IMG/VR virus record: IMGVR_UViG_3300018080_000116
Span: 1 to 64,000 of that record
Direction: 5' to 3' (one strand)
DNA: 64,000 bases
DNA from: a virus
Notes under the pieces: generated by a model
What the model was told of the DNA's origin: nothing
Databases searched by the model: none
Seen by the model: the letters and a program-made list of their open reading frames with translations, nothing else
Part shown: positions 26,149-37,729 of the stretch, one piece after another
How positions within the stretch are numbered: the stretch's first letter is position 1
Layout of the letters: each line of letters opens with the position of its first letter
Program-made: the position numbers and the translations under genes

Positions 26149-28301
26149 CCCTACGGAGTGAAAGTGCCATGAGTCAAACGACAGTCAACGTTGCCAACAT
26201 GACGGAAGTGTACCGCTACCACAGTGGTTCCAACCAGTTGTTCAAGGTCCAGCGAGCCGTTCAGGCCATTAGCCGCCTGGGCAACCTGGACATCCGAGCC
26301 GAACTGGAAGGCGAAAGCATCGTCTTTTACGCCAAGGCAAGTATCGGCGAGTTGGATCGGTGCCACCTGGACAAGATCATTTCCAGCCTCATTCAGTTGT
26401 TGGGGAAAGAATGAAGACGCTGCCGACAAAATGGGCTTTCTACGACCTGCCCGAAAAAGAACGTCTGGCCATGATTGGCCAGCCGTTCATGGAGTCGCAG
26501 GGCAGAAGTCGTTCGGTTTACTTCCCGGTGGACTTGCACCCGGATGAATTTAATTACGAAGCCCCGCAAGGTCTGATCTTCGTTACTGAAATCTTTCCCA
26601 ACGATGGGATGCAGAACTGGTTTCGTGTGGGCGTATGTTCCCCCGATGACCTGGACAAAGACCTGGACTTTGATAGCCCGGAGTCTCCGCAACATCGAGC
26701 CCAAGCAATTGAGTTTTTGAGCGACCCAACCAACCTTCGTGGCGTGTTCTACGACGACGTATTGAACATGATCCAGGAATTGGTTGGCGCAGGAACGAGA
26801 ACAAGCTGATGAACGCAACCATCTTTGTTTTGTGTATGCTTCCGACTGTCAACCCGGCACCCGTGCCCACGCAACTGCAAGGCGGTTTCGTGAGACTGAG
26901 CGAACTGCCCGAGGGTGGTCGAGTCCGAGTCTACAGCCAAGCCCTGGTCATGGACACACAGGGTCGAGCGTGGTTGCGCAAGGATTACGTTGCCAGCGTC
27001 TCAAGAACCAAGTGGGACCGCAACAAGGAACTGGAAGTCATCAATAACAAACTCGGCTGGATTGTGCGAGTGCATCCGACCTACCGGACCATCGACGGCT
27101 ACAAGATTCCAGCGTATCCCAAGTGGGAAAAGGAAGTGGTGAGCCACTACACGCATTACCCGGTCAAGGCTATCAATGTCGTTCAGCCACCGAGAGCGAG
27201 AGTGAATCGCCCCATGTACGTGCGTGTGGGCGTTTCCACCGGCCCGGTATTCCGGCCACCGTACTACCGGCATTATGTTCCAAGGTTACAAACACGATCA
27301 CCTGGGGTACAATATCGCCAATGAGTAATCAAACAAGCCCACCAACGTTGCCCCGCTGTGGCGAAAGATACAACGTGGGGACTGAGGCCCCGCCTCGTGC
27401 CAAGTGGGCGTTGTGGTTTTGGGGCTACGTCATCTTCCATCAGACCAAAGCAGCAGCCGAACGCAGCCTGGGGAAACTGAGCTACTACGAAGCCGAAGAC
27501 GCTCAAATACTACCCGTCAATCGGAAAAAGAAATGACGACCAAACCAGCACCGCATACCTCCAAGCGTTACCGATGCACCAAATGCGGTCACGTTATGGA
27601 AATTAAAACGAACCACTATGGTGCGTGCTGGTCCTGGGGCCACGTGAATTGTTGCCCAAGCTGTCCGCCCTACGCCAAGTATCCCGAGTTTGGCGGACAG
27701 ACCATTTGGGAGTGCATTGACAATCCAGGGGATACAAACTAACGGAGAGCACCATGTCAATCGTAGTAAGCAGACAAGTCATTGACCGAATCTTTGACGA
27801 GTGGGAGTTTGAGCACGAAGTCAAAGACAGCGATGGTTGGTCGTCCACTGTGTTGCCCCCCAACCAACAAGTGTCAACCCGCAACGTGTTTCTTGAAGTC
27901 GATCCCGAAGAGCCTTCGCAACTAGGCGTTTTCAAGGTGGAAGTGACTGAAACACCTTTGGGCAAGCAACCGCTGCTTTGTGCGTCGTTCAACTTCGTCA
28001 CCAGGACCATTCGATATTACGACCTGGAAGGCAATCCCATCAAGCCGCACTTCACCGACGAAGAGACAGACGGCCCGTTGTACCTCGCCGTGGCCGTGGG
28101 CTACGATCCGCCAGCCGGTCGGACCTACACTTACACCCACAACTTCCGCAGCCATGAACGGCCCGAACCGCAAGCGGTGTTCGAGGAACTGGACAAGGCC
28201 GATGGCCACCACGTCGTCTTCGAGCGAATCCTGTTGATCCAAGATGGCGAAGTCGTTAGCAATTGGGGGCTGGATGAAGATTACTTTGAGAGACCCGACG
28301 C

Positions 28302-28628
28302 ATGAATTGGGAACACTACAAAGACCGTCTCGCCGCTGGCGAGACGGTCAAGATCAGGCCCCGTGGCAATTCGATGCAGCCGAGAATCAATTCCGGCGAC
28401 GAAGTGACCATTGTGCCGATTGGCGACAGCTACGAGGATCAAGACAAGATCAAAAAGGGCGACATCGTTTTCTGTTGGGTGAACGGCCACTACTGCGTTC
28501 ATCTTGTGCAAGCGGTTCAGCAGAAGATGGGTGGCTGCCGCTACCAGATCGGCAACAACAAAAAACGAACCAACGGTGTCATTGACATCACACGCATCTT
28601 TGGCAAGGCCACAAGGGTGGAGGCATGA
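28302..28628 (+). CDS. Peptidase S24/S26 family protein
   Basis: IRPRGNSMQPRINSGD (catalytic Ser motif) and KGDIVFC...HYCVHLV. Confidence 0.75.
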   Translation: MNWEHYKDRLAAGETVKIRPRGNSMQPRINSGDEVTIVPIGDSYEDQDKIKKGDIVFCWVNGHYCVHLVQAVQQKMGGCRYQIGNNKKRTNGVIDITRIFGKATRVEA

Positions 28629-30410
28629 GCAGGAGCAGACGGCGAATAGACAGCCCAATTGTGGGTGGCCTACATTTGGTTGGCAAGTGGTTTTGTTCCG
28701 AGAGTGCGATGGGGTCGGATGGTCATGTCGTCCATCGTTATCTTCAAGAGGATGGGACGTGGGGGAAGACTACTTTCTATTTCGACAGCGAAGAGCAACT
28801 GTTAGCCGCTGAGCAATTGGGGCATCAGCCAGACTTCACGTTGTCCGAAAGAGAAGCCCAAGATCGAGCCTTAATTAGAGACGACGTGGAGAGAATGTTT
28901 GAGGAAGACTTTGAGGATTAAAAAATGGAAATGGTTCGTATCCGATCAACCGAAGAGTTACCCACGTGCCACGATGGCGTGAAGGGCCAAGTGTGGAAGC
29001 GGTGGAGCGCATGCTACCCCGACTTCTTCATCGTGCTGGTGTGGACCACCGGCGAGACCTGCGTGTTCCACGAATCACAGTTGAGGCCATTATGAAAATT
29101 ATCTCGCACTTAGAGATCGACGCCGATGGGGTTGGTCATCCCACGCTTTGTGTGGTTGAGGGCGGACAGGTCATCGAACAGGTGGAAGACAACGAAGCTG
29201 GTCGGACTCACCTGTTCACCAAGTACGACAAAGACGACATGGAATACAAGCGATGGTGCGGCAACGATCAATGTTGTTGCTCCACCGGCATCCACGAGGG
29301 CAATACGTATGGGCACGGTCGCCTGGATCAATTCGGATACTGGCAACACCCATGTCGAGTTTGTGCTGCCGCCGCCGATCACCGGCGACCCGAGTTGTTG
29401 AAAGAGTTGATCCGAGATCATGGTCCAGCGCCCGAGGATGATCCGACCCGATGGTCCTGGGCCGAACAGGATGCGTGGCCTTATGTCGGCACCGACATTG
29501 AGGCTGAGTCTGCCGTTGTCACCGCTCGTGTTCAAGAGGAAGATGAACAGTGGGACGAATTACACCAACTATTTGGGGAAGATGATGATTGACACAGCCA
29601 GCACCACACTGAAAAAGGTCTCCGACCTTGAGGTCGGAGACAAGGTTGACTTGGAGTCTTGCCCGTTTCTCAACTGTCACCCGATGGCCGAATTCGAGTA
29701 TGCGGAAGTGGTCGCTGTTCACCCCGAGAGTGCTGGTTGTATTTGTGTCTACTACGAGATCGGCGACCCGTCTGCGTGCGGTTACTCACCCGACACTGAA
29801 CTAAGGGTACTCGTGGAGGAATAAATGAAGAACGAAGCAGAATACGGTCGAGGCAAGACGAGAATCTTCGTTGGCGGCTGGCGACCGTCCAATTACGACA
29901 TCGCCTGGGCCAAAGAAATGGTCCGAGTGTTGAAGGATGGAGGGCTCTGGAAGCTGCCCGAATCCGACAACGTGTATAAGATTGACCAGAAGAAAAAGAC
30001 GTTTGATCTTGTGCAGGGCGAACCGGATGAAACCTTCTCGAAGAACTTTCTGTGCTTCGGCAAGATCGGTTATCTGGTTCGAGACGCCCGAGGCAAGAAC
30101 CCGGTCGAGCCGAAGATGGAGGGCCGCATGTTGATCGTGCCGGATGGCGAACTGCCGACCACAACGAACAGCATTGTCATCGAAACTGAAAAGGATGAAG
30201 ATTAAAGCCCCGGCTGGTTGTGCGCAGGCCAGCGAAATGACTGTTGAAGTCGTCGAATAGACAGGTGGGAGACGTTGAAGCGGTGTAGCCTATGTTCTTG
30301 CAGGGGCGAGGGTAGTTGAGCCCAAGGGACTCCCTCGCCCGTTCCAGGATTATGCTATTTCGTGGAGTCGCCAAATGCGAAACCACCCGCAGTCGGCGGG
30401 GCTTTTTAAG

Positions 30411-30439
30411 TTTACAATCCCCGAACCTCGTACTACAAT
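30411..30439 (+). promoter_or_regulatory. Class I promoter
   Basis: TTTACA-17 nt-TACAAT, preceded by a CCCGC/GCGGG + TTTTT terminator-like hairpin. Confidence 0.75.
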
Positions 30440-30478
30440 TCCGGTGTCAACTGAAACATCCGTTACGAGGAATGAGCC

Positions 30479-31576
30479 ATGTCCGTAGCACGAGATCGAG
30501 TAGTCGATAACTATGCAGCCCAAAAGCCCAACCGCAACCACGAAGGCCGTGTGGTGTGGTCTTACGAACGTGGGCCGTCGATGTATGGTGGTGGCGGCAC
30601 ACAAATCTACTGCGACGGCCAAGTTCTCTACAGCTACGGCCCGCACTTTCCTCTCGCCAGTATCATCGGCATCGAGGGGGCAGGAACCGACAAGCAACGC
30701 TTTTTGTTTGTCAAGAATGGCGACAAGGCTTCTTCCACGACAAACACCCATCAGGCATTAACGCAACGTGCCTGCGATGGTCCCACCGTGTCAGCGTCCG
30801 CTCTGGAAGCCGCAGGTATTGACTTCCTTGACTTGGTGCTCAAGCCCACCACCAGGAACAAGATCACCGTTCCCGACAAAGACACCGGCGAACGGTCGCA
30901 ACCGATCATCGTGTTCTGGCGAGAAGACAAGCGAGAGTACCTGTGGCGTGATGACGATGGGAATTACACGACCGCCCACGATTACCCCGAGAAGAAATTC
31001 ACGCCGCCCAAACAGGGTATGTTCGTTGCCTCGTCACGCCAGAAGGAAGATGGCAAAACTTATGGCTATTGGCACATCCTTGGTGCCGTAGTCATCTTCC
31101 ACAAGGGCAAATACTATCTCTGTGGCCTGGACGACGGCACGTACTTTGTGTGCGAGTTGCCGAAGACGCCTCGCAACTGCGACGACGCTTACGAAGTCCT
31201 CAAACCTCGTGAAGTGAAAAAGGCCGAGGCCGAGGGCGCAAAGGTGTTGAGGCAGGGTGAATGGTTCTTTGTGCCGACTGGCATGAAAGACAAAGACCTC
31301 GCCAACAAACTGGAATGGACGCAAACCAAGTTGCTCAAGCGGTCCAAAGTCGAAGCGTTGCCCCGGCGAAGCACCGACAGCAACAAACACGAGTGCCGCC
31401 AGTTAAAGTTGCAGGGCGGCAAGCGAGTGTATGCCAAAGGCAAAGTGTTTCATCGCTCTGCCTATGGCCGTGAACTGACCAATCAGCATCCAACCGTAAA
31501 CCTGGGCGACGAGTGGTTCGTCGTCTATCACAACACCGAAGTGCAATCCTGGTCAATGGGCGGCACGTTTGACTAA
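30479..31576 (+). CDS. Hypothetical phage-type protein
   Basis: 365-aa ORF directly after a class I promoter with GAGG RBS; YFVCELP and RQGEWFFVP motifs. Confidence 0.65.
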   Translation: MSVARDRVVDNYAAQKPNRNHEGRVVWSYERGPSMYGGGGTQIYCDGQVLYSYGPHFPLASIIGIEGAGTDKQRFLFVKNGDKASSTTNTHQALTQRACDGPTVSASALEAAGIDFLDLVLKPTTRNKITVPDKDTGERSQPIIVFWREDKREYLWRDDDGNYTTAHDYPEKKFTPPKQGMFVASSRQKEDGKTYGYWHILGAVVIFHKGKYYLCGLDDGTYFVCELPKTPRNCDDAYEVLKPREVKKAEAEGAKVLRQGEWFFVPTGMKDKDLANKLEWTQTKLLKRSKVEALPRRSTDSNKHECRQLKLQGGKRVYAKGKVFHRSAYGRELTNQHPTVNLGDEWFVVYHNTEVQSWSMGGTFD

Positions 31577-33015
31577 CAGAAGGGACCATCTACAAAGGTT
31601 AATGGGGAGAAATGAAATGGCCGAATTACTGAGCGATACGTTGGACGTTCAGATCGACACGTGGGATGATCCAGGCGATTATCCCAATGCCGTAGCGTCC
31701 GGTCCACTGCCGTCCTACGACTACGTTGAGTGTGTCGAAGGTGAAATGACGTTCAGGCTGACCCCCGAGGAAGTTGCCGAGTACCTCGAAATGAAAGGTG
31801 ACGGCGAAGACGACACGCCTGTGCAGGACTTCATCAACGACACGCTTGATCCTGGCTACCCCACTGGCATCACTTCCGCCAAGTGGGAGCACAGGCTGGA
31901 AGACGACGTGCTTACCATTAGTATTGGCGAAGACTTCGAGTCAGACCTGGGCGAGTTTGACGAACGCTATGATCCCTATTGAAAGGCATGTTAATGGGTA
32001 TCGAACGATTGAGTAAGCAGGGGCAGCATGAGATCGGAGTCTACGTCCTGGAACAGGACGTAGACAATCCTCAAGCCGATCAGCGCCACAAGTACGATTG
32101 GACCAAGGTGAAGAAATTCAAGGCCGGTAATCGTTTTGTGGTAGGCTTTGACCAATTCGATCCCGACCTTGTGCAAGACATCCCCCAACTACAGGGCCGA
32201 GGCAGAAACACGATCAACCCGATGGGCGGTGGTAGTCAAGTGATGGAAGGCGACTCCACTGGCATCTTCGAGGCGATCATGCCTCACTTGCGCAAACTGG
32301 ATTCCAACAAGCGCACCTTGGGCGTCGTGCTCAAGGTGGAAGGGTCGGACATTTGTGCTAGGGGTGATGAAGTCCTGGCGTTCTTGATCGACCACGGCAT
32401 CATCGACATCAAGCATGTGTCGTATGCTGTGGGCACAATGAGGGAGTGGAAGGATGAAGAATGGGAAGCCCATCGCCAGAAGCACGACCTGTAAGAGAAG
32501 CCTTCTACTCTGCTGAGGCTGCCGATAATTGGGGTGCTGGTGTTTACATGACACCGGACGGTCGAGAGGTTACGGCGACCGGCTTGTTCTTCACCCAAGA
32601 GCAAGGTGAACGCAAGTATGGCTACCCCGACAAGGTGTACGTGGGCACGGTGCTCATGCCAGCGATTCGAGAGTTTGACGGCAAGCGATCCCACGAGTTA
32701 GAAGAGCCGCCCGAAGACGTGCCCTTGTGGTACGACGAAGACTTCGAGCCCGATGAAGGGGACATGGAATGAATGGACAGCCGAACCCACTGCCTGTAAT
32801 CCTTCTGGTCATCGGTGGTGTCGCCCTGGCGATCTTCATTCTCCCGATTCTGCTGACGGTGGTGGTCGCCATCTTTGCGGCCCTGGCAGAAGTTCTTGTG
32901 TACCTGTTTCCGTTCATCATCATCATCCTGTTGCTGATAATCGCCAAGAACGTGGGTAAGAGCGGCCCGTAGAGGGTCGCAAAGGGTTCAATGGGCTCAG
33001 AATACCCCCGAGCCC

Positions 33016-33054
33016 AACAGGCCCTTAGACGGCCTCCTGGGGCCTCTGAGAGCC
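33016..33054. repeat. Dispersed repeat, copy 1 (copy 2 at 60133-60161)
   Basis: AACAGGCCCTTAGACGGCCTC[CTGGGGCCTC]TGAGAGCC versus AACAGGCCCTCAGACGGCCTCTGAGAGCC. Confidence 0.75.
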
Positions 33055-33057
33055 TGT

Positions 33058-33086
33058 TTTACAATCCTTGGAGCCTGTACTACAAT
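33058..33086 (+). promoter_or_regulatory. Class I promoter
   Basis: TTTACA-17 nt-TACAAT. Confidence 0.75.
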
Positions 33087-33205
33087 TTCAGTGGCATGAC
33101 CGAACCGTTTGGCTCCCCGGCGTGTCTTAGATAGCGAAGCATGATAGCCGCCAAACCCCTCTGTTGGGGGATGGCACCGAATAATTTTGATAATGGACTG
33201 GACGC

Positions 33206-33685
33206 ATGGCACAGTACGTGAATGTTTCGCAAGCGGAAATGGAAGCCCATTTGCTCCCGCAGGGGTTTCACGCCCTTCGCCTGGAAGGCACCCGAGAGTT
33301 GGTCTACGGTAAGCGAGTCGATCAAGACGGCATCCAACTCTCCCTCAGAGTCTACACCGGCATCGAACCGACCGGTGCTTCTCGTGATGTTGGCCGAGAC
33401 GCCATGAGGGTCAACATTTTCATGCGAGCCGAAGATGGCCGCATCATCAAACTCGGTGGCTCGAAGCGAGTCCATCGTGTCGTCAATTGGCGCAAGAACT
33501 TGCAGGATCGCATCGACCGTTGGGTCGATTACATGCCCGCCGAACGCTGTGAAGTTTGTGGGCTGCCGATGCTCCCCCGTGAGACCAAGAAACGGCCCAA
33601 ACGCAAGTTCCTCGGTTGTGCCGGTTATCCCGATTGCGACAACACCCGGAACATCCCCAATGGAGGAAACAATGGCAGAGCATAA
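33206..33685 (+). CDS. Hypothetical protein with C-terminal topoisomerase-type C4 zinc finger
   Basis: CEVCGLPM...FLGCAGYPDC. Confidence 0.7.
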   Translation: MAQYVNVSQAEMEAHLLPQGFHALRLEGTRELVYGKRVDQDGIQLSLRVYTGIEPTGASRDVGRDAMRVNIFMRAEDGRIIKLGGSKRVHRVVNWRKNLQDRIDRWVDYMPAERCEVCGLPMLPRETKKRPKRKFLGCAGYPDCDNTRNIPNGGNNGRA

Positions 33686-34079
33686 GCCCGCATTTGATGC
33701 GATACCGCTCTACACGTACTACCTGTTTTGCGTCTGCAACCGAGGCTTCACCAACCTGCTCGTTGCAGCACTGCAAGGCCAACAGAAACCAAAGCGATTG
33801 CCCGACCTGGGCCATGCCTTGAACAACCCGGAAGACAACGAATTCAATCATCCCGATGGTGACTTTCTGGTCTCCCGAGTGTTTGGTCGTCAGGTGTTGC
33901 TCGTGCTTCGTGAAGAGTCGGCCCGAGAACTTCGCCGGATCATCGAGGATCGTCAACACGCCCAAGACCTTGAGCCGCCGCTGTATCAGTTCATGCTCAA
34001 GATTGAAGACTTCCTTCACCAGTTGCGGCAGTTCAAGGAACGCCGCAGTCAGTTCGTACCAAACGGAGATAGCTGAACC

Positions 34080-34817
34080 ATGCCGAAAAAGAAAGTTACC
34101 AAAGTTACCGCCGGTCTCACCTTCCGCAAGGTGATCGCCGACTGCAACGCCCTGTGGAAGGTGGTTCGCCGCCGAGGCACCGGCGTGTGGTTGTGCGAAG
34201 TCGTGAACGAACCCGTCCAAATCAAGGGCGAGACCTACGATGGTGACTATGCCGGTCAGCAAGACGTGTTCCAGGAGCGAGACATCCTGGCTGCCGTCAA
34301 CATGGCATTGCTGTTCGAGTCGTTGAGCGACAGTCACGATGCGTTTTACAAGGCGCTCGTGCCCGATCAGGTGGTTCACTACAGCAACGGTTCCAACCAG
34401 TTCGTTCGCTGTAAGGTCGTCAAGACCGACCAGGGCAACAAGTTGAAACCCATCGCCCTGGTTGGCGATTGGAAACACGACCTGCCTCGCCGGATGCGTG
34501 ATGGTTCGATCTACTACCCCCGCTATGCCCAAAAGATCGTCCAGGGTGGTGATGACGCCTTGATGGAACCGAACGCCTCGAATATCTACGAGTGCAAGTC
34601 ACACTCCCCTCGTCCCGACGAATCGGACCCGAGCACGCTGCCGCCGATCAGTCTGGCCGTGCCCGACATGACCGAGGCCGAAGCGGCAGAGGCCGCTTTG
34701 TGGCGTGCCGTTTACGACGTTCAGGAGGCCGTGAGGGATGGAAGCGGTGCCAATGAAGACCCCACCAAGCGGCTGCGAACGGCCCTGAAAGTCTGCCAGA
34801 AAGCCCTGGCAAAATAG
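34080..34817 (+). CDS. Hypothetical protein
   Basis: 245-aa ORF with array-like codon usage; fits the tiling. Confidence 0.6.
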   Translation: MPKKKVTKVTAGLTFRKVIADCNALWKVVRRRGTGVWLCEVVNEPVQIKGETYDGDYAGQQDVFQERDILAAVNMALLFESLSDSHDAFYKALVPDQVVHYSNGSNQFVRCKVVKTDQGNKLKPIALVGDWKHDLPRRMRDGSIYYPRYAQKIVQGGDDALMEPNASNIYECKSHSPRPDESDPSTLPPISLAVPDMTEAEAAEAALWRAVYDVQEAVRDGSGANEDPTKRLRTALKVCQKALAK

Positions 34818-34861
34818 AACGGAATCCAGTACAAAACAGGACGCCGCCGTGCTACAATACT

Positions 34862-34994
34862 ATTGGTGCAAGTCTCCGGTATCTGACGTTGCTTTTTGCT
34901 GCAACAGTCTGCTCCTGAACCCCGGAGACAGCAGAAACCGCACCGAATCTTGGACTAGCCGCCCGGCGTCGTTCGCCGGGCGGCACTTTTTTTT
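34862..34994 (+). ncRNA. Candidate stand-alone small RNA
   Basis: TACAAT at 34853-58; stems TTGGTGC/GCACCGA, GTCTCCGG/CCGGAGAC and GTTGC/GCAAC; own terminator; no plus-strand ORF. Confidence 0.5.
34958..34994 (+). terminator. Intrinsic terminator
   Basis: GCCGCCCGGCG-TCGTT-CGCCGGGCGGC followed by ACTTTTTTTT. Confidence 0.85.
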
Positions 34995-35002
34995 GAAATT
35001 AC

Positions 35003-35033
35003 ACCGAACCTTTTCCGTTGAGTTGTGTATAAG
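35003..35033 (+). promoter_or_regulatory. Class II promoter
   Basis: ACCGAACCTTTTCCGTTGAGTTGTGTATAAG. Confidence 0.75.
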
Positions 35034-35066
35034 GCCGTGTAACAGCAACCACGTAGGGAGTTGACC

Positions 35067-36140
35067 GTGGCAAAGAAAGCCTACCAGTACGACAAGTCGG
35101 CATTGCAGGAAGCGATCCGCAAGGTGGAGAGTGAGCAAAAGCCCGCCACCCACGGCGAATTGTGGAAGCTGGTTGCTGCCGAGTACAACATCGCCAACAA
35201 GCCTCAAAAGTCTCTTCAAGCAGGGACCGCTCGCAATCGTGCCGAGCAATGGAATTTGGAAGTCACGACCGCTAAGGGGGAACGTGGCCAGAAGCCCAAG
35301 GGTGGTTCTCGGTCCAAACCCAAGCCCGCTTCCAAGCCTGCTCAAGTCCACGATACCGGTGGTCCAGGTTTCAAGCCGTGTCACAATTGCGGCAAGTTCT
35401 ATGGAGTGCGTATTTCCCACTGCCCGGCGTGCGGTGCGAAGTACAAGAAACAACCCAAACCGAAGGTGGCCAAGAAACCCAAGAAACGGAAGCCCATCGA
35501 AGACTATCCCGTTTTTGATGAAGGCGGCAAGGGTCGCAAAGAGTGCTCCAATGACACTTGCGGCAAGTTCTACTTTACCATCCTGCCCAAGTGCCCGAAG
35601 TGTGGCACCGAGTATGTCAAACCCGATCAGGGCATTAAGACTTACGATGGGCCTGGGCGCATGCGGAAGCAATGCCCCGAGTGCAAAGTTTACGTGGGCT
35701 ACTCTGCCGAGAAGTGTGCGTGCGGCCACGACTTCGCCGCCGACGTGCCCGATCCCCCTGCTGAGCCCGAACCCAAGCGAGAGCCGAAGCATAGCAAGGT
35801 GGATCGGTGGTCGCAACCAACGAATATCGAGATCGAGGCCACACAATCGTTTCAGCGTTGTGGTTGCGGTGGTCGGATCATCCTGGCACCGGCAGGTGGT
35901 TCTCCCGCCAAGCTGGAATCCACCGACGAGGAAGCGGTCCAGGTTTGGCACGATAAGGTGATGGAAGACGGCCACTCCAAGGGCAACCACTACAGCCCTG
36001 CCGCACTGCGTTACTTTGTCGCCTTCTATCACTTCGACCGCAATAGCGACGAGTATGCAGAAGTGTGCGAAGTGTTGAGGGGCCTTTATGCCCGCCATGA
36101 CAACGAGCCTGTTGAAGAGGAAGAACTAATCGAAGCGTAA
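35067..36140 (+). CDS. Basic multi-zinc-ribbon protein
   Basis: Three double-CxxC units (CHNC..CPAC; CSNDTC..CPKC; CPEC..CAC) with Lys/Pro-rich linkers; AGGGAG RBS before GTG 35067. Confidence 0.7.
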   Translation: MAKKAYQYDKSALQEAIRKVESEQKPATHGELWKLVAAEYNIANKPQKSLQAGTARNRAEQWNLEVTTAKGERGQKPKGGSRSKPKPASKPAQVHDTGGPGFKPCHNCGKFYGVRISHCPACGAKYKKQPKPKVAKKPKKRKPIEDYPVFDEGGKGRKECSNDTCGKFYFTILPKCPKCGTEYVKPDQGIKTYDGPGRMRKQCPECKVYVGYSAEKCACGHDFAADVPDPPAEPEPKREPKHSKVDRWSQPTNIEIEATQSFQRCGCGGRIILAPAGGSPAKLESTDEEAVQVWHDKVMEDGHSKGNHYSPAALRYFVAFYHFDRNSDEYAEVCEVLRGLYARHDNEPVEEEELIEA

Positions 36141-36197
36141 TGCCACTGTGGCTTTTTACTTTCCCCGTCTGTACTAACTGATCCAGGAGGATACGAA

Positions 36198-36500
36198 ATG
36201 GCAGACATGCAGAAGCGACATCACCGTCTTATCTCTGATGCCCTGGTCGAGGGTATCGTGGCCTGTGCCGACAACGAGGTCATCCGGCAGAAAACCTCAA
36301 TGGCACAGAACGCCGCCATCGCCCGTGAGACCATCTTGTGTGCCGTGGCCCGTGACGTTGCCCGGTCGATGGCTGCGAAGTTGCAGCACACGAACGACAA
36401 CTTCGATACCAGGGCCGCAGGTACGTTCGAGAGCGACCTTGTGCGGCGAGTCTCGGAAGCCCTGCGAGAGAAGCGGCAGGCCGAGAAACCCGCTGCCTAA
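36198..36500 (+). CDS. Hypothetical helical protein ending in -KPAA
   Basis: AGGAGG RBS; followed by a CCCGGC-family hairpin. Confidence 0.65.
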   Translation: MADMQKRHHRLISDALVEGIVACADNEVIRQKTSMAQNAAIARETILCAVARDVARSMAAKLQHTNDNFDTRAAGTFESDLVRRVSEALREKRQAEKPAA

Positions 36501-36509
36501 GTGAACCAA

Positions 36510-36539
36510 GACTCGCCCGGCCACCGGGCCGGGCGAGTC
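36510..36539. other. GC-rich hairpin (CCCGGC family)
   Basis: GACTCGCCCGGCC-ACCG-GGCCGGGCGAGTC, perfect 13-bp stem, no U-tract. Confidence 0.7.
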
Positions 36540-36769
36540 CCTTTCGAGGAAGATACCGATGCCGACGATGGAAGAGAGAGCACGAGAACTGGAACGCCAA
36601 CTGGAACTGGACATTGCCCGCCTAGATCGTGAGTTGTTCGAGCACCTTGAGGCCATCATGGCAACCATTCGGCAGAAGGGTGCCGAGCGTGATCGTAAGG
36701 TGGCGAGGTATCAGACTGTTAAAGGTTTGTTGAATTCTTAGCACCCATTAACCAGGAGTCAAAAGCACC

Positions 36770-37729
36770 ATGAAAGTTTATGTAGTAGTTGACGGCGAGG
36801 GTGGCCTGCAAGAACCCGTGTTGGCCACACGCAGTTACAGCAAGGCCCTGGATGCGTACCACGGCATCCTGAAAGAGAAGGCCACCGAAGTACCGGACGA
36901 GGTTCCGCAGGACGACGTGAACCTGTGTATGGTCGATGGCAAGCAGTATTTGATCCACGACCAGTACGGCGAGCCGATTGCCCGGTTGTTTGAGTTGGAG
37001 ATCGAGGGCGATCCTCTCCCCGACGCTGAACTTCCCACTGGCCATATCTACGTCGTTGTGGAAAACGTGCCGGTCGCCGAGCGAGGCGAGTACAACGTCG
37101 AGGAAGCCCTGGTCAAGATCGTGGGCTACTTCACCGACGAGAATCAGGCCGAAGTGGTGGTCGATGCGCTGAACGCCAAGCACGTTGCCAAGCTGCGAGA
37201 GGATGGCTACGACGAAGACAACGCCGAGTGGGAAGAGGATCGGTTTGGCTTTGTCTTCCTTGAGCCCGGAAAACACGATCCGGCTGCTTTGCGGAAAATA
37301 AAATGCAAAACCGATGGCAAAGGGCCACGAGTCGTCGAGGCCGTTTTGTGTGATACCGAGCCCGACGATAAGTTCGACGTGGATGGTTACGTGCTTTCGG
37401 ACGGCGGCGTGATCGAGTGGCCCGACGATGACGGCACGATCCGACGCCGAGACGTTCACGGCAACCTGGAAGAGGTTCGAGAGCCCGCCGACGAAAACCA
37501 CGGCGAGTGGATGCACCTGTTCCGAGGCCGAGGCATCTTCTACATCGGACAACGTGTTCACGTGGATGGATGCTCGACTGACCCGGAGTGGCCCGAACGC
37601 ATCGCCAGTGATGCCACGGTCGAGGAAGTCCTGGGCGGTGAGTGCGAGGGTGAAATCCTCTTGGAAGTGGACTCCGAGGGGGCCACGATCCCGTTCGAGA
37701 TAACCGACGTGAGTGCAAAGGAAAACTAA
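36770..37729 (+). CDS. Very acidic hypothetical protein
   Basis: 319 aa, D/E-rich; AGGAG RBS. Confidence 0.6.
   Translation: MKVYVVVDGEGGLQEPVLATRSYSKALDAYHGILKEKATEVPDEVPQDDVNLCMVDGKQYLIHDQYGEPIARLFELEIEGDPLPDAELPTGHIYVVVENVPVAERGEYNVEEALVKIVGYFTDENQAEVVVDALNAKHVAKLREDGYDEDNAEWEEDRFGFVFLEPGKHDPAALRKIKCKTDGKGPRVVEAVLCDTEPDDKFDVDGYVLSDGGVIEWPDDDGTIRRRDVHGNLEEVREPADENHGEWMHLFRGRGIFYIGQRVHVDGCSTDPEWPERIASDATVEEVLGGECEGEILLEVDSEGATIPFEITDVSAKEN

Noticed and set aside
28966-29091. Track start at 28966 for the 208-aa ORF
   Set aside because: Better explained by a separate small ORF 28925-29095 in another frame, ATGA-coupled to a start at 29092.
34863-34880. Twister-ribozyme-like GGTGCAAGTC segment
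   Set aside because: One nucleotide short of the usual pattern, and the matching 3' GAGGG and pseudoknot partners were not found.
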